DNA of 64,000 nucleotides, taken from the IMG/VR virus record IMGVR_UViG_3300011271_000002, positions 1 to 64,000 of that record; one strand, written 5' to 3'. Below the pieces are notes generated by a model. It was given only the letters and a program-made list of their open reading frames with translations, was not told the origin of the DNA and made no database searches. The position numbers and the translations under genes are program-made. The stretch is from a virus. Shown one piece after another: positions 36,201 to 46,647 of this stretch. Within the stretch, counting starts at the first letter, position 1. Every line of letters begins with the position of its first letter.

Positions 36201-36974
36201 TTAGTGTACAACCATCACCGGGTCGGGGTTAGCGCCTGTCCGATATAAATCTCCGGCCGCCAAGCCGCCGGTGATCGCGGCGGCATTGGTGGCATACACT
36301 GGAAGACCAATGACGGCCAGCGCGGAGTGGGGAGTCGCGGTACCGATGCCAACGAAGCCTGAGGGGAGTATGCGGAGAACCTCGGTCCATGCTGCCGAAG
36401 CATTCCTAACGCCTATTGCAAGAGCGGCACCCGCTGCTGAAAGCGCCTGGATCTTTACGCCATATCCGTCCGCTACTGGGAGTTCGATGCCGCCGATTGC
36501 AGCCAAGGTGGTCTGGGTGGCTCCGGTCACCATCAGGCTGCCCGTGAAAGTGGAAGGGGTGGCTTCCACCGCCATCGTGCCAACCCTGAGAGCGGCAGTG
36601 GCGGTATCGAAGCGGGCAAGTTCTACAGGCGTGGCGCTGTCGTAGGAATAGAGGACGGAGAGGTAGCTGACTCCTGCGTTCGTGCGGCTCGTTGGACGGA
36701 AGAGGAAGTCGGTCTGATGGTTGGAGGTGTCGTAGGCGTTGACCCGCAACTTGAGCCGCCCGCCGACTTGGACCCCGGCTGACACTAGCGCCAAGGGACT
36801 CATCACCAGCCCATCGGTGTCTACCCCTGGTGTGATGTTGATTTGCAGGAAGCCAGAGAAGACTTGGCCGTTGGCGTTGTAAGACCCTTGGGCGGTTGAG
36901 AGGGCGTCAACGATGGCGTTCCACTCGGCGGAAGTTGGTTTGAAAGTGGAGACTTGGTGGGGCGGCCAAGGCAT
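36201..36974 (-). CDS. tail fibre-like protein
   Basis: G.VGIGT.TP motif, LPVYA.NAAA..GGL..GDLY; shared MPWPPHQ N-terminus. Confidence 0.7.
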   Translation of the reverse strand: MPWPPHQVSTFKPTSAEWNAIVDALSTAQGSYNANGQVFSGFLQINITPGVDTDGLVMSPLALVSAGVQVGGRLKLRVNAYDTSNHQTDFLFRPTSRTNAGVSYLSVLYSYDSATPVELARFDTATAALRVGTMAVEATPSTFTGSLMVTGATQTTLAAIGGIELPVADGYGVKIQALSAAGAALAIGVRNASAAWTEVLRILPSGFVGIGTATPHSALAVIGLPVYATNAAAITGGLAAGDLYRTGANPDPVMVVH

Positions 36975-36980
36975 TGAGGG

Positions 36981-37385
36981 TTATCCTTTCAGATCGGGGG
37001 CGGCGACGGGCTGTGGTGATTGCTTGCGAATCACTTTGCGGGCGTCATCCGATAACTCCCAATCGGCCCCAGGGTTTATTTTTCTCTGGATCAACACCAT
37101 GACGAGAGCGCCGTTGGCTTGCTGGGTCACCGTTTGGGCTTGCTGATTGAGAGCTTCCAAGGTTCTGCGGATCGAGACAAAGTGCTGGTGCTCCTCTTCA
37201 GTTAGCACGACCTCGCTAGGAGCGGGCACGGTTGGGTTCTGAGGGGATGGGAGCGCTGCCTTCGGTGGATTGGCCAACGTGGGGTCGATTGGCAATGGCA
37301 CTTTGTTGGACGGGATGGTAACGCTGCCAAGCGATGGCGGCGGGATGCCGTTCGACTTTGCGCGTCGGCTTTCGGATCTGGTCAT
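36981..37385 (-). CDS. hypothetical protein (possible fibre chaperone)
   Basis: coiled-coil segment; AACGGAG RBS. Confidence 0.55.
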   Translation of the reverse strand: MTRSESRRAKSNGIPPPSLGSVTIPSNKVPLPIDPTLANPPKAALPSPQNPTVPAPSEVVLTEEEHQHFVSIRRTLEALNQQAQTVTQQANGALVMVLIQRKINPGADWELSDDARKVIRKQSPQPVAAPDLKG

Positions 37386-37553
37386 TATGATTCTCCGTTT
37401 CTTCTCCCCGCATTTGGGGGTATTTACAAATTCAAGTATAACGACTACAGTCTATTCAGGCGCGAGTCCTGAGCGCACACCATAAGTCTTAGCGGTCGCT
37501 CCGCTTTGGGTGGCAAAGGGCGACGGAGCTTGTGCCTATAAAAAGGAAACCAA

Positions 37554-37910
37554 ATGAAACGCTTACTGCTCGCCCTGATGTTCGCCGCGCTGATATGCTC
37601 GGGGTGTTTTGCCGACCCCTGCAATTCCAAAACCATCGGCAACGTGACCTTGACTACCTGCCATGCGAACGGACCCGAACTGCATCTCTTCATTTCCACC
37701 GCCGATCCGCAGACCACCGCATTCTACATCGCGCTGCGAACTTCGACAGGTGGAATGTACATCACGGCGGATAACGAAATTCAGCAGACCTCGCATGTCA
37801 CGGTTAAGATGACCGGCAAATTGGCGGGAAAGCTAGAGCACGTCACAATTAGCGAGTTACAGGTGACATCTACCTCGTCTTTTTCTGAAGTAAACAATAC
37901 GCTTCCCTAA
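37554..37910 (+). CDS. secreted/lipoprotein-like moron protein
   Basis: MKRLLLALMFAALICSGC signal; AAAGGA RBS. Confidence 0.65.
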   Translation: MKRLLLALMFAALICSGCFADPCNSKTIGNVTLTTCHANGPELHLFISTADPQTTAFYIALRTSTGGMYITADNEIQQTSHVTVKMTGKLAGKLEHVTISELQVTSTSSFSEVNNTLP

Positions 37911-40129
37911 GTTCCAATCATGCCATGCTGCTGAAATAAATCGGTTATAAGCGCGGCAAGTCTTTGAGCCACATCGGCGAGAGTAGCAGTAGACTGATCG
38001 AATGTTGCCCTACTAAGCGTTCCGCTTGGTAGATGCCACCCGAGCGCTCGTGGACCAATAACATTTTGTCCGAAGCTTTGAAGATATCCTGTTGAAGCGT
38101 CCAGGCTCATTATGGTTCCCCCGCCAGCGGCGTTGAGCGTTAATTTTCCATAACCACCTGTCGCATCAAGCGTTGCTACTGTGATGCCACTGTTGTTTGT
38201 CGCCCCGAATGTGTTGAAAGTTACGAAAGCGCCTTTGGCTGGGGTAGAAGTGCTATTTATGTTAAGGCCAGAAGAGAGCAATTGCGTCTGTACATGTCCA
38301 GTACTTGGATCTTTAAGTAATATATAGTTTGTTCCATCAATGTTGATCGTCACAGAGCCGCTGGTGATGACAATGGTAGGAGCGGTCAGCGTTACCGCCA
38401 CCGAAATGGTGCCTGCGTTAATTTGCGATGTGTTTATTTGACCTGCATAGACCACGCCTCCGACAAAAGTTCCCGCCGTAATATTTGAAGCCGCCAGAAC
38501 CCCGACCTGGAGCAATCCGACCGTGATTGTGTTCGCCACGATCCGATCTCCAGTGATCGTCCCGGCCTGAATGTCCACGCCGCCGTTGATGGCCTTCTCC
38601 CACGCCGTGCCAGCAGCATTCACGCGCTTCATAATGAGCGTGGTCGTGTTGAACTCATACGTGCCCGTGGGGTAACGCGAATCGGGGAGCGCCGGGTCCG
38701 ACGTGACGACCAGGACTGGGCGGATGCCAGCCACGAATTTTTGAATCGCGATAGAGGTATCTGGAATTCCCAATTTGCTGGAGAAGATGGCCAAGGTCGC
38801 ATCGAGAGTCGCCGGATCTAAGCGATGGGCTTTCAAACTGCCGGTGGTCTGGGTGGTCGGGTTGAGCCCGAATATCTCCGGCGTCTCAGTAAGGAAGAAG
38901 GTGTTCTGTCTATTGTTGGTGTCGTACGAAAGCGCGTATAGATCCCATGTCGGCTGCGGTCCTTGAATCGGCCACAGATCAGTGTGCCAAGTAACATCAA
39001 TAGCCGACAGCCCCCCAGTGATCGGATAGTCGTGGGAGTGATCGGTTCCATCGGCTTGATTGTGGATGTAGACTTGGTAGCCACCAAAAGAAGAATCGGC
39101 GGCAGGCATCGTGGCGGTGCCAAAGAACCCATAAGTCTCCACGCCATCCGCGCTCAGACCGTAGACCACTGAGGCGGTGAAGGACGGCAGAACAGATGTC
39201 CTCTCCTGCCCGACATTGCCTATAGCCGGAGGGCCGATAGTGATTGTGACTGACGGAGTGAAGCCATTGACAAAGGAGTTAACTCCGGTTCCATCTGAGG
39301 AAAGGATGGTGATTTGATCGTTCTCGGACACGGTGGGGAAAGAGGACAGTTCGGTAGTCCACTCTCCATTGATCTGCGTGCCGGGGATGAACCCGCTGAG
39401 AATGTCTTGGGACTGACTCAGAAGAACGCCTGTTCGCGTTCCCGATAGTCGCGGGTCTAGATTCGCTGGCCGGTGGATGCGGATGTAGACCCCGGCGAAC
39501 TGCGGATCGGCAGGAGGAGTCCAGAATACCTTGATGAAAAGAACTTCTTGGCCTGATCCGTTCTGGCCATAGAAGGCTGACGCGCCGATGGTGGCCACAA
39601 TCTTGGCGTATTCTTCGCCGAGCGCGAACACTGGAGGGGGCGTGATCGTCACAACCGCGCTGGGACTTGGGCCCGTGGCCGTCGCGCGAACCAATTTGGG
39701 ATCGACATTGTTGGCGTAGGCGACCAAATAGATTCGAAGATTGATGGTTTCGCTTGGTGCCGAAATACCGGTGAGCACAATAGCTCCGGTCCCGTCATCC
39801 GCGAATTGTCCAAGGTCTTGAACTTTCCATTCGCCGCCGATCTGTGACGTTCCGTCGAGCGCCGTGGTGCCATTCAGACTGAAGCCCGTAGCGGCGCTCT
39901 GATCGGGATATTCCAAATAGGCGTGAACGCCTTTCCCAGTCCACCCGCCTGGCTTGGTGTAGGGCACGGTCAATTCCAACACCTGCAAGCGGCTGCCGGA
40001 ATATTGACTATTCGGATTCAAGACGTATTGATAGGTGATGGTTCCAATCGTCACGGCGGCCGGCGCATTCAATGACGGAACCGAACCGGCTCCAGCCCCG
40101 CCTACGACAGCATAGTTTGTGTTCGGCAT
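37907..40129 (-). CDS. minor tail / fibre protein
   Basis: Ig/FN3-like beta repeats, I.AGTIT.D.I.ANTIT repeats. Confidence 0.75.
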   Translation of the reverse strand: MPNTNYAVVGGAGAGSVPSLNAPAAVTIGTITYQYVLNPNSQYSGSRLQVLELTVPYTKPGGWTGKGVHAYLEYPDQSAATGFSLNGTTALDGTSQIGGEWKVQDLGQFADDGTGAIVLTGISAPSETINLRIYLVAYANNVDPKLVRATATGPSPSAVVTITPPPVFALGEEYAKIVATIGASAFYGQNGSGQEVLFIKVFWTPPADPQFAGVYIRIHRPANLDPRLSGTRTGVLLSQSQDILSGFIPGTQINGEWTTELSSFPTVSENDQITILSSDGTGVNSFVNGFTPSVTITIGPPAIGNVGQERTSVLPSFTASVVYGLSADGVETYGFFGTATMPAADSSFGGYQVYIHNQADGTDHSHDYPITGGLSAIDVTWHTDLWPIQGPQPTWDLYALSYDTNNRQNTFFLTETPEIFGLNPTTQTTGSLKAHRLDPATLDATLAIFSSKLGIPDTSIAIQKFVAGIRPVLVVTSDPALPDSRYPTGTYEFNTTTLIMKRVNAAGTAWEKAINGGVDIQAGTITGDRIVANTITVGLLQVGVLAASNITAGTFVGGVVYAGQINTSQINAGTISVAVTLTAPTIVITSGSVTINIDGTNYILLKDPSTGHVQTQLLSSGLNINSTSTPAKGAFVTFNTFGATNNSGITVATLDATGGYGKLTLNAAGGGTIMSLDASTGYLQSFGQNVIGPRALGWHLPSGTLSRATFDQSTATLADVAQRLAALITDLFQQHGMIGT

Positions 40130-40139
40130 AAATCTATTC

Positions 40140-43100
40140 TCATCCGTTGCTTACTATTTGCGCTACGTCCCAAACGTTGGTCAACACCACGCTCGCTGCG
40201 CCGTTGATCGTTTCCGTTCCAAACGGAAGAATCGTAACGATATTGGCATCCACGGAAATCTTCTGCACGAACAGAATCTGTCCTTTGGTTTGCGCCGATG
40301 GCAACAGATGCACGATTATGTTGCCAGCCGTGGTGTCACAACCGATGGACCGGTCGCCCTGCAGCACGGTGGTATCGGCCGTCACGACCCTGGTATTCAG
40401 ACCCAGCCCGTAAACATAAAGCAGCCTGAGCGGCTCATCGCCGTCAAGCGATTCGGTTCCCTGGAGATCATCCGTGAACGCACCAATCAAAAGCTGTTTG
40501 CGGACGTAGTTGATGGTCGGAATCGTGATCGTGCTGACCGATTGCGGATCCGGATTATCACCAATCGGGGTGGATGAGAACGGGAACCAACTCGGGCCAA
40601 CGATAATCGGAACTGAAGTCGCATCCATCAACAAGGGTTGATCGAAGGTATAGCCGGTGTGACCATTGGCCACCACTTTCGCGGTTGCCCCGCGATTGAA
40701 ACCAGCCCAAATAAGCCCGAACAAACCGACCTCGAAATTTATGTTGAGTCCAGCGTGTGGATTCGGGATACCGGTGATCTGGTCGATGTTCTGCGAATTC
40801 GACATGCCGGCATCGGTGAAGACCGTGTTCGAGCCGCTGTTGTCATAGCCCTTGAACGAAACCGCGAACACGTCGCCGATCAGGATGTCGCTGGGTGTGC
40901 GATCCAGAGTGAAGGTGCCGGTCGCCGGATCGAACGCCGTGATGCTGTAAGCGCTGAATGGCGCTGCGGCGTTATTCCGCCCCATCAAGATCCAGAAACG
41001 CCCCGCCCAATTATCCGTGAGGCTGACATCCACGCAATCCGGAGAAATTATCGTATTACCGACGATGCTGCCAACCGTGGCACCCTCGACGCCGGCATGA
41101 CCGATTGGCTTGTATTTCAGGATCACGTCATTGACCTGATCGTCCGGAAGCGCCCAGGTGGACCGTGCCAGAGGCCCAGTCAGCGTAACGGAACCAGGCG
41201 TATAGTTGTCGGGCGGCGAAGATGCCGTCAATGCACCGGTCGCCTGCTCGCAGATCAGATCATTGAAGTAGGAAGCGAAAATAGTGTAGGTCGTTAGCCC
41301 GCCAGCGCTGGGCCAGATAATATCCGCGCCGCCATAAAACACCCCCATGTTGCCCCAAATCGCAATGCCCGAGGCGGTCAACGAGTTCCCCGCCAAGCCC
41401 GCAGTGATAGCCGTGCATTGAATGCTCACATTGTCCGCGGCCAACGCCGCCGTCGCGCTCCCATTGGCAGTTGTGGCGGCTGCATAGGCGCTACCGGAGC
41501 CAGCGCCAAGATTTACGGCCGCCGCGAAATTGCTAATGCTGGTAGGAAGGTCGACGCCGATCGCCACATTGCCGTCGACATTGGTCAGCGTGGTCTGAAA
41601 AGTGTATAGTTTGCCCGCGATCTGGACCTGATTGCCATCGCCCGGCTGTGCCGCGAACAGGCCAGCAATCGATGCTTGCGCAGGACCGATCACTATTTTG
41701 TTAGTGTTAGTCCCAGCCGGAATGCTTACGGCAACTATTTTTGATGGTGGAATTTGATTGCGATTGGCGTCCTGAGCGCCGAGCGCGAGCCAGACAGTTG
41801 TGCCGCCCTTTAGAAATCCGCCGGTCGGCAGCACGCTGATGTTGGACAGCATGAGCGACATCGCGACGGTACCTGGAATGAAAGTGGTGCACGGGAATTT
41901 GCCGGTCGCGTTAGCGAACGCCTGGGCGCTTCCATCGGCCAACATCGTGTAGGTTTGCGAGAGATCGAAAGTCCATTCGCTCGGGAAAAGCGCATCGCTC
42001 GCCGAGGCCTGCACCTGGAACGGCGCCCATTGCCCGATCGGAACGATAGCAACGGGACCGCCTTGCGCGATAACCCAAGCGGAAGGAATGCCGGCGGCGT
42101 TCACCGAGCGAATCCGGACGGTGAATTGCTGGCCGGCTGTCAACCCGGGAATTGGGATGCTGGTTATTTTTGGATCTATCTTGCCGAGCGAGATCCAGAT
42201 ACCGGGCGGCGTCGCCAAAAGCTGATATTGGGGCTCGAGGTGGCCCCCATTGATGACATAGGAATCCGCCGGCGCCGTCCAGGAAAGGATCACATTGCGT
42301 TCATGGTCTCCCGTGACGCGTACGTTAGTCGGTGGCGCCGGATTTCTTGTATCGGGAGAGATCGCCTGCTGGAAACCGTCTGGGGAAAGCTCCTCTCCGA
42401 TTACCCAGGCATAGATTGAACTATCCGTTTCCTGAACGTCTATTTCGGTTCCGAGCAGCGTGACATCCTGACCCGAATGCCCCGATTGCCGGTCCATCTT
42501 GAAGCGAAACGCCTGAATTTCCAGCGTCTTGGCGGACCATCCAAAATACGGAAAATCCATTGAGATCACGTCTAGCGGCGCGAGCTGGTAACCGGTCATG
42601 TTCAACATGAAACTGCCGGTCCCCATATTCAATCTGCGCAGCAATTCTATCTTGGCGATTCTTTGAGCGGTCGCGGCGGAATTTGTAAACGGAAGTTGAA
42701 TATCGAGCCAGCGACGGTCGCCGCCATCGTAATCTAAATTTGCATCGAATGTCGGGCCCGCTCCCCAGGTGTATCCGTGATACGTGTCCTGGGCATACCT
42801 GGGAAAGTCAGCAGCCATCCAGCCGTTCGAAGGACTGATGTAGGTTCCCTTGACGCCGTTGTACCGATTGGATATTGAGACCGTCGGCCGCCAGCGGGGG
42901 CCGCCTGTTGAAAGCGAAAGAATCTCCGTTGCTAGCGAGGGCGTGCCGCCAACGCCAATAATGGTAGAGACGCCGGCCCAATGCGCCGGCCAAATCACGA
43001 ATTGTCCGCCCACGTAAGTTATGCGGCCGGCGCAAGAGGTCAGCATGTTGTGGAGAATCTCGCCGCGCTTCATGGTCAATTGAAAACCGCCGTTGCAGGT

Positions 43101-44201
43101 ATAGCGTGGTTCGGTTCCGCCAGTCGCTAGCGGCACAGCCTCATCGCAAATATTGGCGGCGGCGATCAACGGCGCACTCGGGATGTCGGTGCCATAGTTC
43201 GCTTTGAATCCCCATTTCTTGTTCGCCAAATGATCTGCCGTGCATAACGCGGCGTTTTCGCTGTAACCGGAGGTCGAGGTCCTGGGGTCGAAAATGTCGT
43301 TTTTGCCGCGGACCAAAAAGCTAATCTGCGGGAGTCCGTTAGCGAATACTTCGTCGTTGTAGTGAAGGCGCAAAAATACCGCTGTCATCCCAACCAAAGA
43401 ACAGTTTGCGGTCCATGGGTTCGTGTTGTTGTGAACGAGATTGCCGGCGTCGCCGTCATATGGCGTGCCGTTGATCATGCCATTGAAGGTCTGGCCGAGA
43501 GTCTGCGAGCCCAGCATGACCTCCATATAAATTTTGCCGCGATAGTCAACCCAGGCCGTGTGCGTGTCGCCGGTTTCGGAACCAGGGAACGAGGGAATGC
43601 TGATCGCCACGCCGCCGGAAACGTAGGTGAATGTAACCGTGTTTCCTGGTCCGTGCGTGACCGTTTGCACCATGACCTTGCCGTTGAGTCCGGCGCTGAC
43701 CGGATGCACGTTCTGGACGATAACGGAATCGCCAACGGATAACAGCGGAATGTCCTTGCTCACGTGAACCGTAACGATGTTCCCAACCCTGGCGATGCTG
43801 CTATTCGAAGGATCTTGCTGCACCGGACTGAAACTCGTGTTGTTGCGGCCAATTTGAACCTTCTGCTGATCGAAGAGTAGCCAATCGACTGCCTGACACG
43901 GATGGCAGGCGAGGACAATTACAAGATCGCGGTACTTATCGTTGTCGCCGAAAGAATTGTCATAAACCAGCGTGCCGCCCTCGCGTTTGCGGCCATAGAT
44001 TACGTTCCACGGCGCAATCGGATTGCGTTCGGTGGTGGCAAACCCCTGGAGCGGCCCTTTCTGAAATATGGTGCCGAGTGCGCTGAGGACGAGGCCCGCC
44101 GCGGAACTGATGAGAAATTCCGAGAGCCCAATGATGGCCGCCCCAACACCTGGCGTGGGCGCATAAGCTCCGGCGATTTTTCCAAATATGCCCTTGGACA
44201 A
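40140..44201 (-). CDS. tail tip / host-specificity protein (J-like)
   Basis: IYGR.R.GG, GLPQISF.V.GK..I.DPR, YSENAALC.AD, AANICDE, YNGVKG.Y, FN3 domain. Confidence 0.85.
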   Translation of the reverse strand: MSKGIFGKIAGAYAPTPGVGAAIIGLSEFLISSAAGLVLSALGTIFQKGPLQGFATTERNPIAPWNVIYGRKREGGTLVYDNSFGDNDKYRDLVIVLACHPCQAVDWLLFDQQKVQIGRNNTSFSPVQQDPSNSSIARVGNIVTVHVSKDIPLLSVGDSVIVQNVHPVSAGLNGKVMVQTVTHGPGNTVTFTYVSGGVAISIPSFPGSETGDTHTAWVDYRGKIYMEVMLGSQTLGQTFNGMINGTPYDGDAGNLVHNNTNPWTANCSLVGMTAVFLRLHYNDEVFANGLPQISFLVRGKNDIFDPRTSTSGYSENAALCTADHLANKKWGFKANYGTDIPSAPLIAAANICDEAVPLATGGTEPRYTCNGGFQLTMKRGEILHNMLTSCAGRITYVGGQFVIWPAHWAGVSTIIGVGGTPSLATEILSLSTGGPRWRPTVSISNRYNGVKGTYISPSNGWMAADFPRYAQDTYHGYTWGAGPTFDANLDYDGGDRRWLDIQLPFTNSAATAQRIAKIELLRRLNMGTGSFMLNMTGYQLAPLDVISMDFPYFGWSAKTLEIQAFRFKMDRQSGHSGQDVTLLGTEIDVQETDSSIYAWVIGEELSPDGFQQAISPDTRNPAPPTNVRVTGDHERNVILSWTAPADSYVINGGHLEPQYQLLATPPGIWISLGKIDPKITSIPIPGLTAGQQFTVRIRSVNAAGIPSAWVIAQGGPVAIVPIGQWAPFQVQASASDALFPSEWTFDLSQTYTMLADGSAQAFANATGKFPCTTFIPGTVAMSLMLSNISVLPTGGFLKGGTTVWLALGAQDANRNQIPPSKIVAVSIPAGTNTNKIVIGPAQASIAGLFAAQPGDGNQVQIAGKLYTFQTTLTNVDGNVAIGVDLPTSISNFAAAVNLGAGSGSAYAAATTANGSATAALAADNVSIQCTAITAGLAGNSLTASGIAIWGNMGVFYGGADIIWPSAGGLTTYTIFASYFNDLICEQATGALTASSPPDNYTPGSVTLTGPLARSTWALPDDQVNDVILKYKPIGHAGVEGATVGSIVGNTIISPDCVDVSLTDNWAGRFWILMGRNNAAAPFSAYSITAFDPATGTFTLDRTPSDILIGDVFAVSFKGYDNSGSNTVFTDAGMSNSQNIDQITGIPNPHAGLNINFEVGLFGLIWAGFNRGATAKVVANGHTGYTFDQPLLMDATSVPIIVGPSWFPFSSTPIGDNPDPQSVSTITIPTINYVRKQLLIGAFTDDLQGTESLDGDEPLRLLYVYGLGLNTRVVTADTTVLQGDRSIGCDTTAGNIIVHLLPSAQTKGQILFVQKISVDANIVTILPFGTETINGAASVVLTNVWDVAQIVSNG

Positions 44202-44202
44202 T

Positions 44203-44634
44203 CTATACCCGCCACGCCGTCACCGCAAAACTGAGCGGAATGCGCAGCAATTCCTTTTTGCCGGGGATGACGATCTGGGCGCCGTTCAAGGCCAATATCC
44301 CAATGGAATAATCTCTTGGTCTTTTTACGACGATCATGTCGCCGCGTCTGGCCAGCCCCGGCGCGGCCTGCTCCATCGAATGTTCCTGAGCTAGCTTTTC
44401 CGCAATCCTGGCGACGGATCGGTGTCCGCAGTATTCCCGAATTCGGCGAATCGCCGTGTTTGCCGAATCGTATCGCCCGCGGAATTTAGTCGCTACATCA
44501 ACACCCGTCATCACCTGGATTGCGTCGGCCGCAAACAGACAGCAGTCCCAGCGCCCATACAGAAACGCGCGCTCGCGATTCGCCAAGAAGAAATTGTCCA
44601 ATAGCGATTCCCAGTTTACAAATCGTGTCAGCAT
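44203..44634 (-). CDS. tail assembly NlpC/P60-like protein
   Basis: F.YG.WDCCLFAAD.I..MTG.D; ARRGD. Confidence 0.8.
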   Translation of the reverse strand: MLTRFVNWESLLDNFFLANRERAFLYGRWDCCLFAADAIQVMTGVDVATKFRGRYDSANTAIRRIREYCGHRSVARIAEKLAQEHSMEQAAPGLARRGDMIVVKRPRDYSIGILALNGAQIVIPGKKELLRIPLSFAVTAWRV

Positions 44635-44635
44635 C

Positions 44636-45217
44636 TCAAATGTTGGTGCTCGAGGACGGAACGCGGCCCCATGGCACGGTGATTTCCTGAATGGAGATCA
44701 CAAAGAAGAAGCCGCGATCTCCAGGAGAATCAATTTGCTGATCGTCCTGAGTGTAGCGGCGATCGACCGCCACGTTCATATCGAGCAATCTGTTTTCGCA
44801 GTTGATCGAAATCGTCGCAGTATCGGCTCCCACTTCAATCGTCGGCTGATCCATCCGCCCGCTCCAGGAAGTGAATGGCGTTGCAATAAGAGTTCCGGAG
44901 TTGTCGAACAATCCGAGATAGAGCAACACTGGTAGGCCCAGTTGTAGATTCTGAAGCGCCTCGGCCAGCATCGCGGGGTCAATGCCGCTGAGCGTTAAGG
45001 TGATGCCCTTTGCCTCCACGGTGTCGCCTTCCTCGATAATGGAGCAGCCGCCGTAGGTCCCGATACCGATCCAACTATGCGTATTCCACACCGTCGTGCC
45101 CACGCCGCTCCACACATAGACGATTCCATCCGCGAAATGAAGCTCGACAAATATGGCGGGCCTCATCTCGGTCGCCTGCACCGCAGCCAACATCCCACTA
45201 GTTAATGAGCGCGGCAC
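44636..45217 (-). CDS. minor tail protein (lambda L-like)
   Basis: WSG.G...W....W.GIG, W.GRMD, RRYT.DDQ....PGD.GF. Confidence 0.75.
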   Translation of the reverse strand: MPRSLTSGMLAAVQATEMRPAIFVELHFADGIVYVWSGVGTTVWNTHSWIGIGTYGGCSIIEEGDTVEAKGITLTLSGIDPAMLAEALQNLQLGLPVLLYLGLFDNSGTLIATPFTSWSGRMDQPTIEVGADTATISINCENRLLDMNVAVDRRYTQDDQQIDSPGDRGFFFVISIQEITVPWGRVPSSSTNI

Positions 45218-45604
45218 TTACTTGGCCTCGCGGATTTCGAACTGAACCCCGAACACTCGCATCTCAGAGATCGACCATTTTCGCGTGTTGGTTTTCAATC
45301 GCCAATAGCGCGAGCCGATACTGGAAGCATATTGGGTGGCGAAAGCTGACCCGAATTGGAAGACGTTGGCCATACCGTTCAATGCCCGCAGGAAGGTGAT
45401 CCAGGCTTCCGACTGTGTTTGCGTTAACGGCGGATAGGCTACGATCGCTTCCTCGGGAAGCGGGCCCCAATTCTGGGTTTGCTGCTGGCCGGTGAACAGA
45501 CTGATGTTGATCGCTACCGCATCGTCAATAATGAATTCGATGGATGCTGGGGCCGGCGGATTCGTCGGTATCGTGATGACGTTCCAGCCGAGATAGGTTG
45601 GCAT
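45218..45604 (-). CDS. distal tail protein (Dit-like)
   Basis: S.FTGQQQ; PPLT....AW..FL.AL.G..N.F; synteny after TMP. Confidence 0.7.
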   Translation of the reverse strand: MPTYLGWNVITIPTNPPAPASIEFIIDDAVAINISLFTGQQQTQNWGPLPEEAIVAYPPLTQTQSEAWITFLRALNGMANVFQFGSAFATQYASSIGSRYWRLKTNTRKWSISEMRVFGVQFEIREAK

Positions 45605-45665
45605 GGCTTAAAGGATAGTTTGACACAAGCTTCGGCGAGAGTTGCGTGATTGGTATTCTGTTGAA

Positions 45666-45956
45666 ATGAACAGAAGGTTGTTTTTTAGTCGATTCCTGGC
45701 AGCCATCATCAGTCTGAAATCGCTCTACGGCGTGGGTAGTTTATCAAATCGCGAGAAGATCGCGGCATCGTTAAAAATGTGGGGGCATGTAAAGTTAAGC
45801 GATCTCGGGAAGGTAGAGTCGCGCACCTTTTCGAAACAAGAAATATTTATCCCTGCGCATTGGGGCGATCCGGCTTTGACGAAAAGGCGAGTCGTAATGG
45901 GTCTTCTGTCGGCGCATCGTTTCGATCAAGGAAGATTAGATTGGCGTTTCTTATAG
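45666..45956 (+). CDS. small protein with twin-arginine-like N-terminus
   Basis: MNRRLFFSRFLAA; TGnTATTCT upstream. Confidence 0.45.
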   Translation: MNRRLFFSRFLAAIISLKSLYGVGSLSNREKIAASLKMWGHVKLSDLGKVESRTFSKQEIFIPAHWGDPALTKRRVVMGLLSAHRFDQGRLDWRFL

Positions 45957-46277
45957 TCAGAACCATCTTCTCCGACGCGGAGCCTGATTCATCACCGGGC
46001 GGGGCAACAGCAACTTGTAAATGAATTGCGCCTGCTCTGGCGTAAACGCGGCCTTTCTGGCCTCAACAAAGAACTGCTCTTTAGCGTTTTCTTCCGCAAA
46101 TAACTTAGCAGCGCCTGGACCGATAAAATCGGGATGCTGGCGCGGCAACAATGCTCGCCACAAAACTTCCACGGACACATCTCGCTCGCGATGCAATTCT
46201 CGAAAGAACTCCAGCCAAGCTCGCGATTGCTCTTCAGTCAGCGGCGGGAAATAGACGGGCATGCCGAAAACGGTCAT
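45957..46277 (-). CDS. hypothetical moron protein
   Basis: ORF in an insertion between TMP and Dit. Confidence 0.5.
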   Translation of the reverse strand: MTVFGMPVYFPPLTEEQSRAWLEFFRELHRERDVSVEVLWRALLPRQHPDFIGPGAAKLFAEENAKEQFFVEARKAAFTPEQAQFIYKLLLPRPVMNQAPRRRRWF

Positions 46278-46359
46278 ATGGTGATCACGGCTCTGAATCC
46301 ATTGACTGTAGCGCCCAGCGAGGCATCTTCTGCTTCCTGGCCGACGAAATATTTATCGC

Positions 46360-46647
46360 TCATATAACAATCCAGTCCCCGAGAGGACGGCCTTCGCGTG
46401 GGCTGGGGCCATAGCGATCCTCGCCAAAAACAGTATTGATCCGTTCATTAGGAAACGCCGCGTGTGTCTTCGCGATAGCCTCCTCTGTTGTATTGGCTAT
46501 AACAACACAGGAAGTAACGCGCGGCTTCCCCTTTTTCCTGATCAGCGGAATCTGGTCCCCGGTGGCGGCGTATTCGTATAGACTTTCAAAATACACCTTC
46601 CAGATACGCCCCCTGTACTTTACGGTTTTCGTTCGTTGCTTTTTCAT
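46360..46647 (-). CDS. hypothetical moron protein
   Basis: AGGGAG RBS; ATGA overlap with RHH gene. Confidence 0.6.
   Translation of the reverse strand: MKKQRTKTVKYRGRIWKVYFESLYEYAATGDQIPLIRKKGKPRVTSCVVIANTTEEAIAKTHAAFPNERINTVFGEDRYGPSPREGRPLGDWIVI

Noticed and set aside
34908-44201. Diversity-generating retroelement or invertible fibre cassette
   Set aside because: No reverse transcriptase, recombinase or TR/VR repeat pair was seen.
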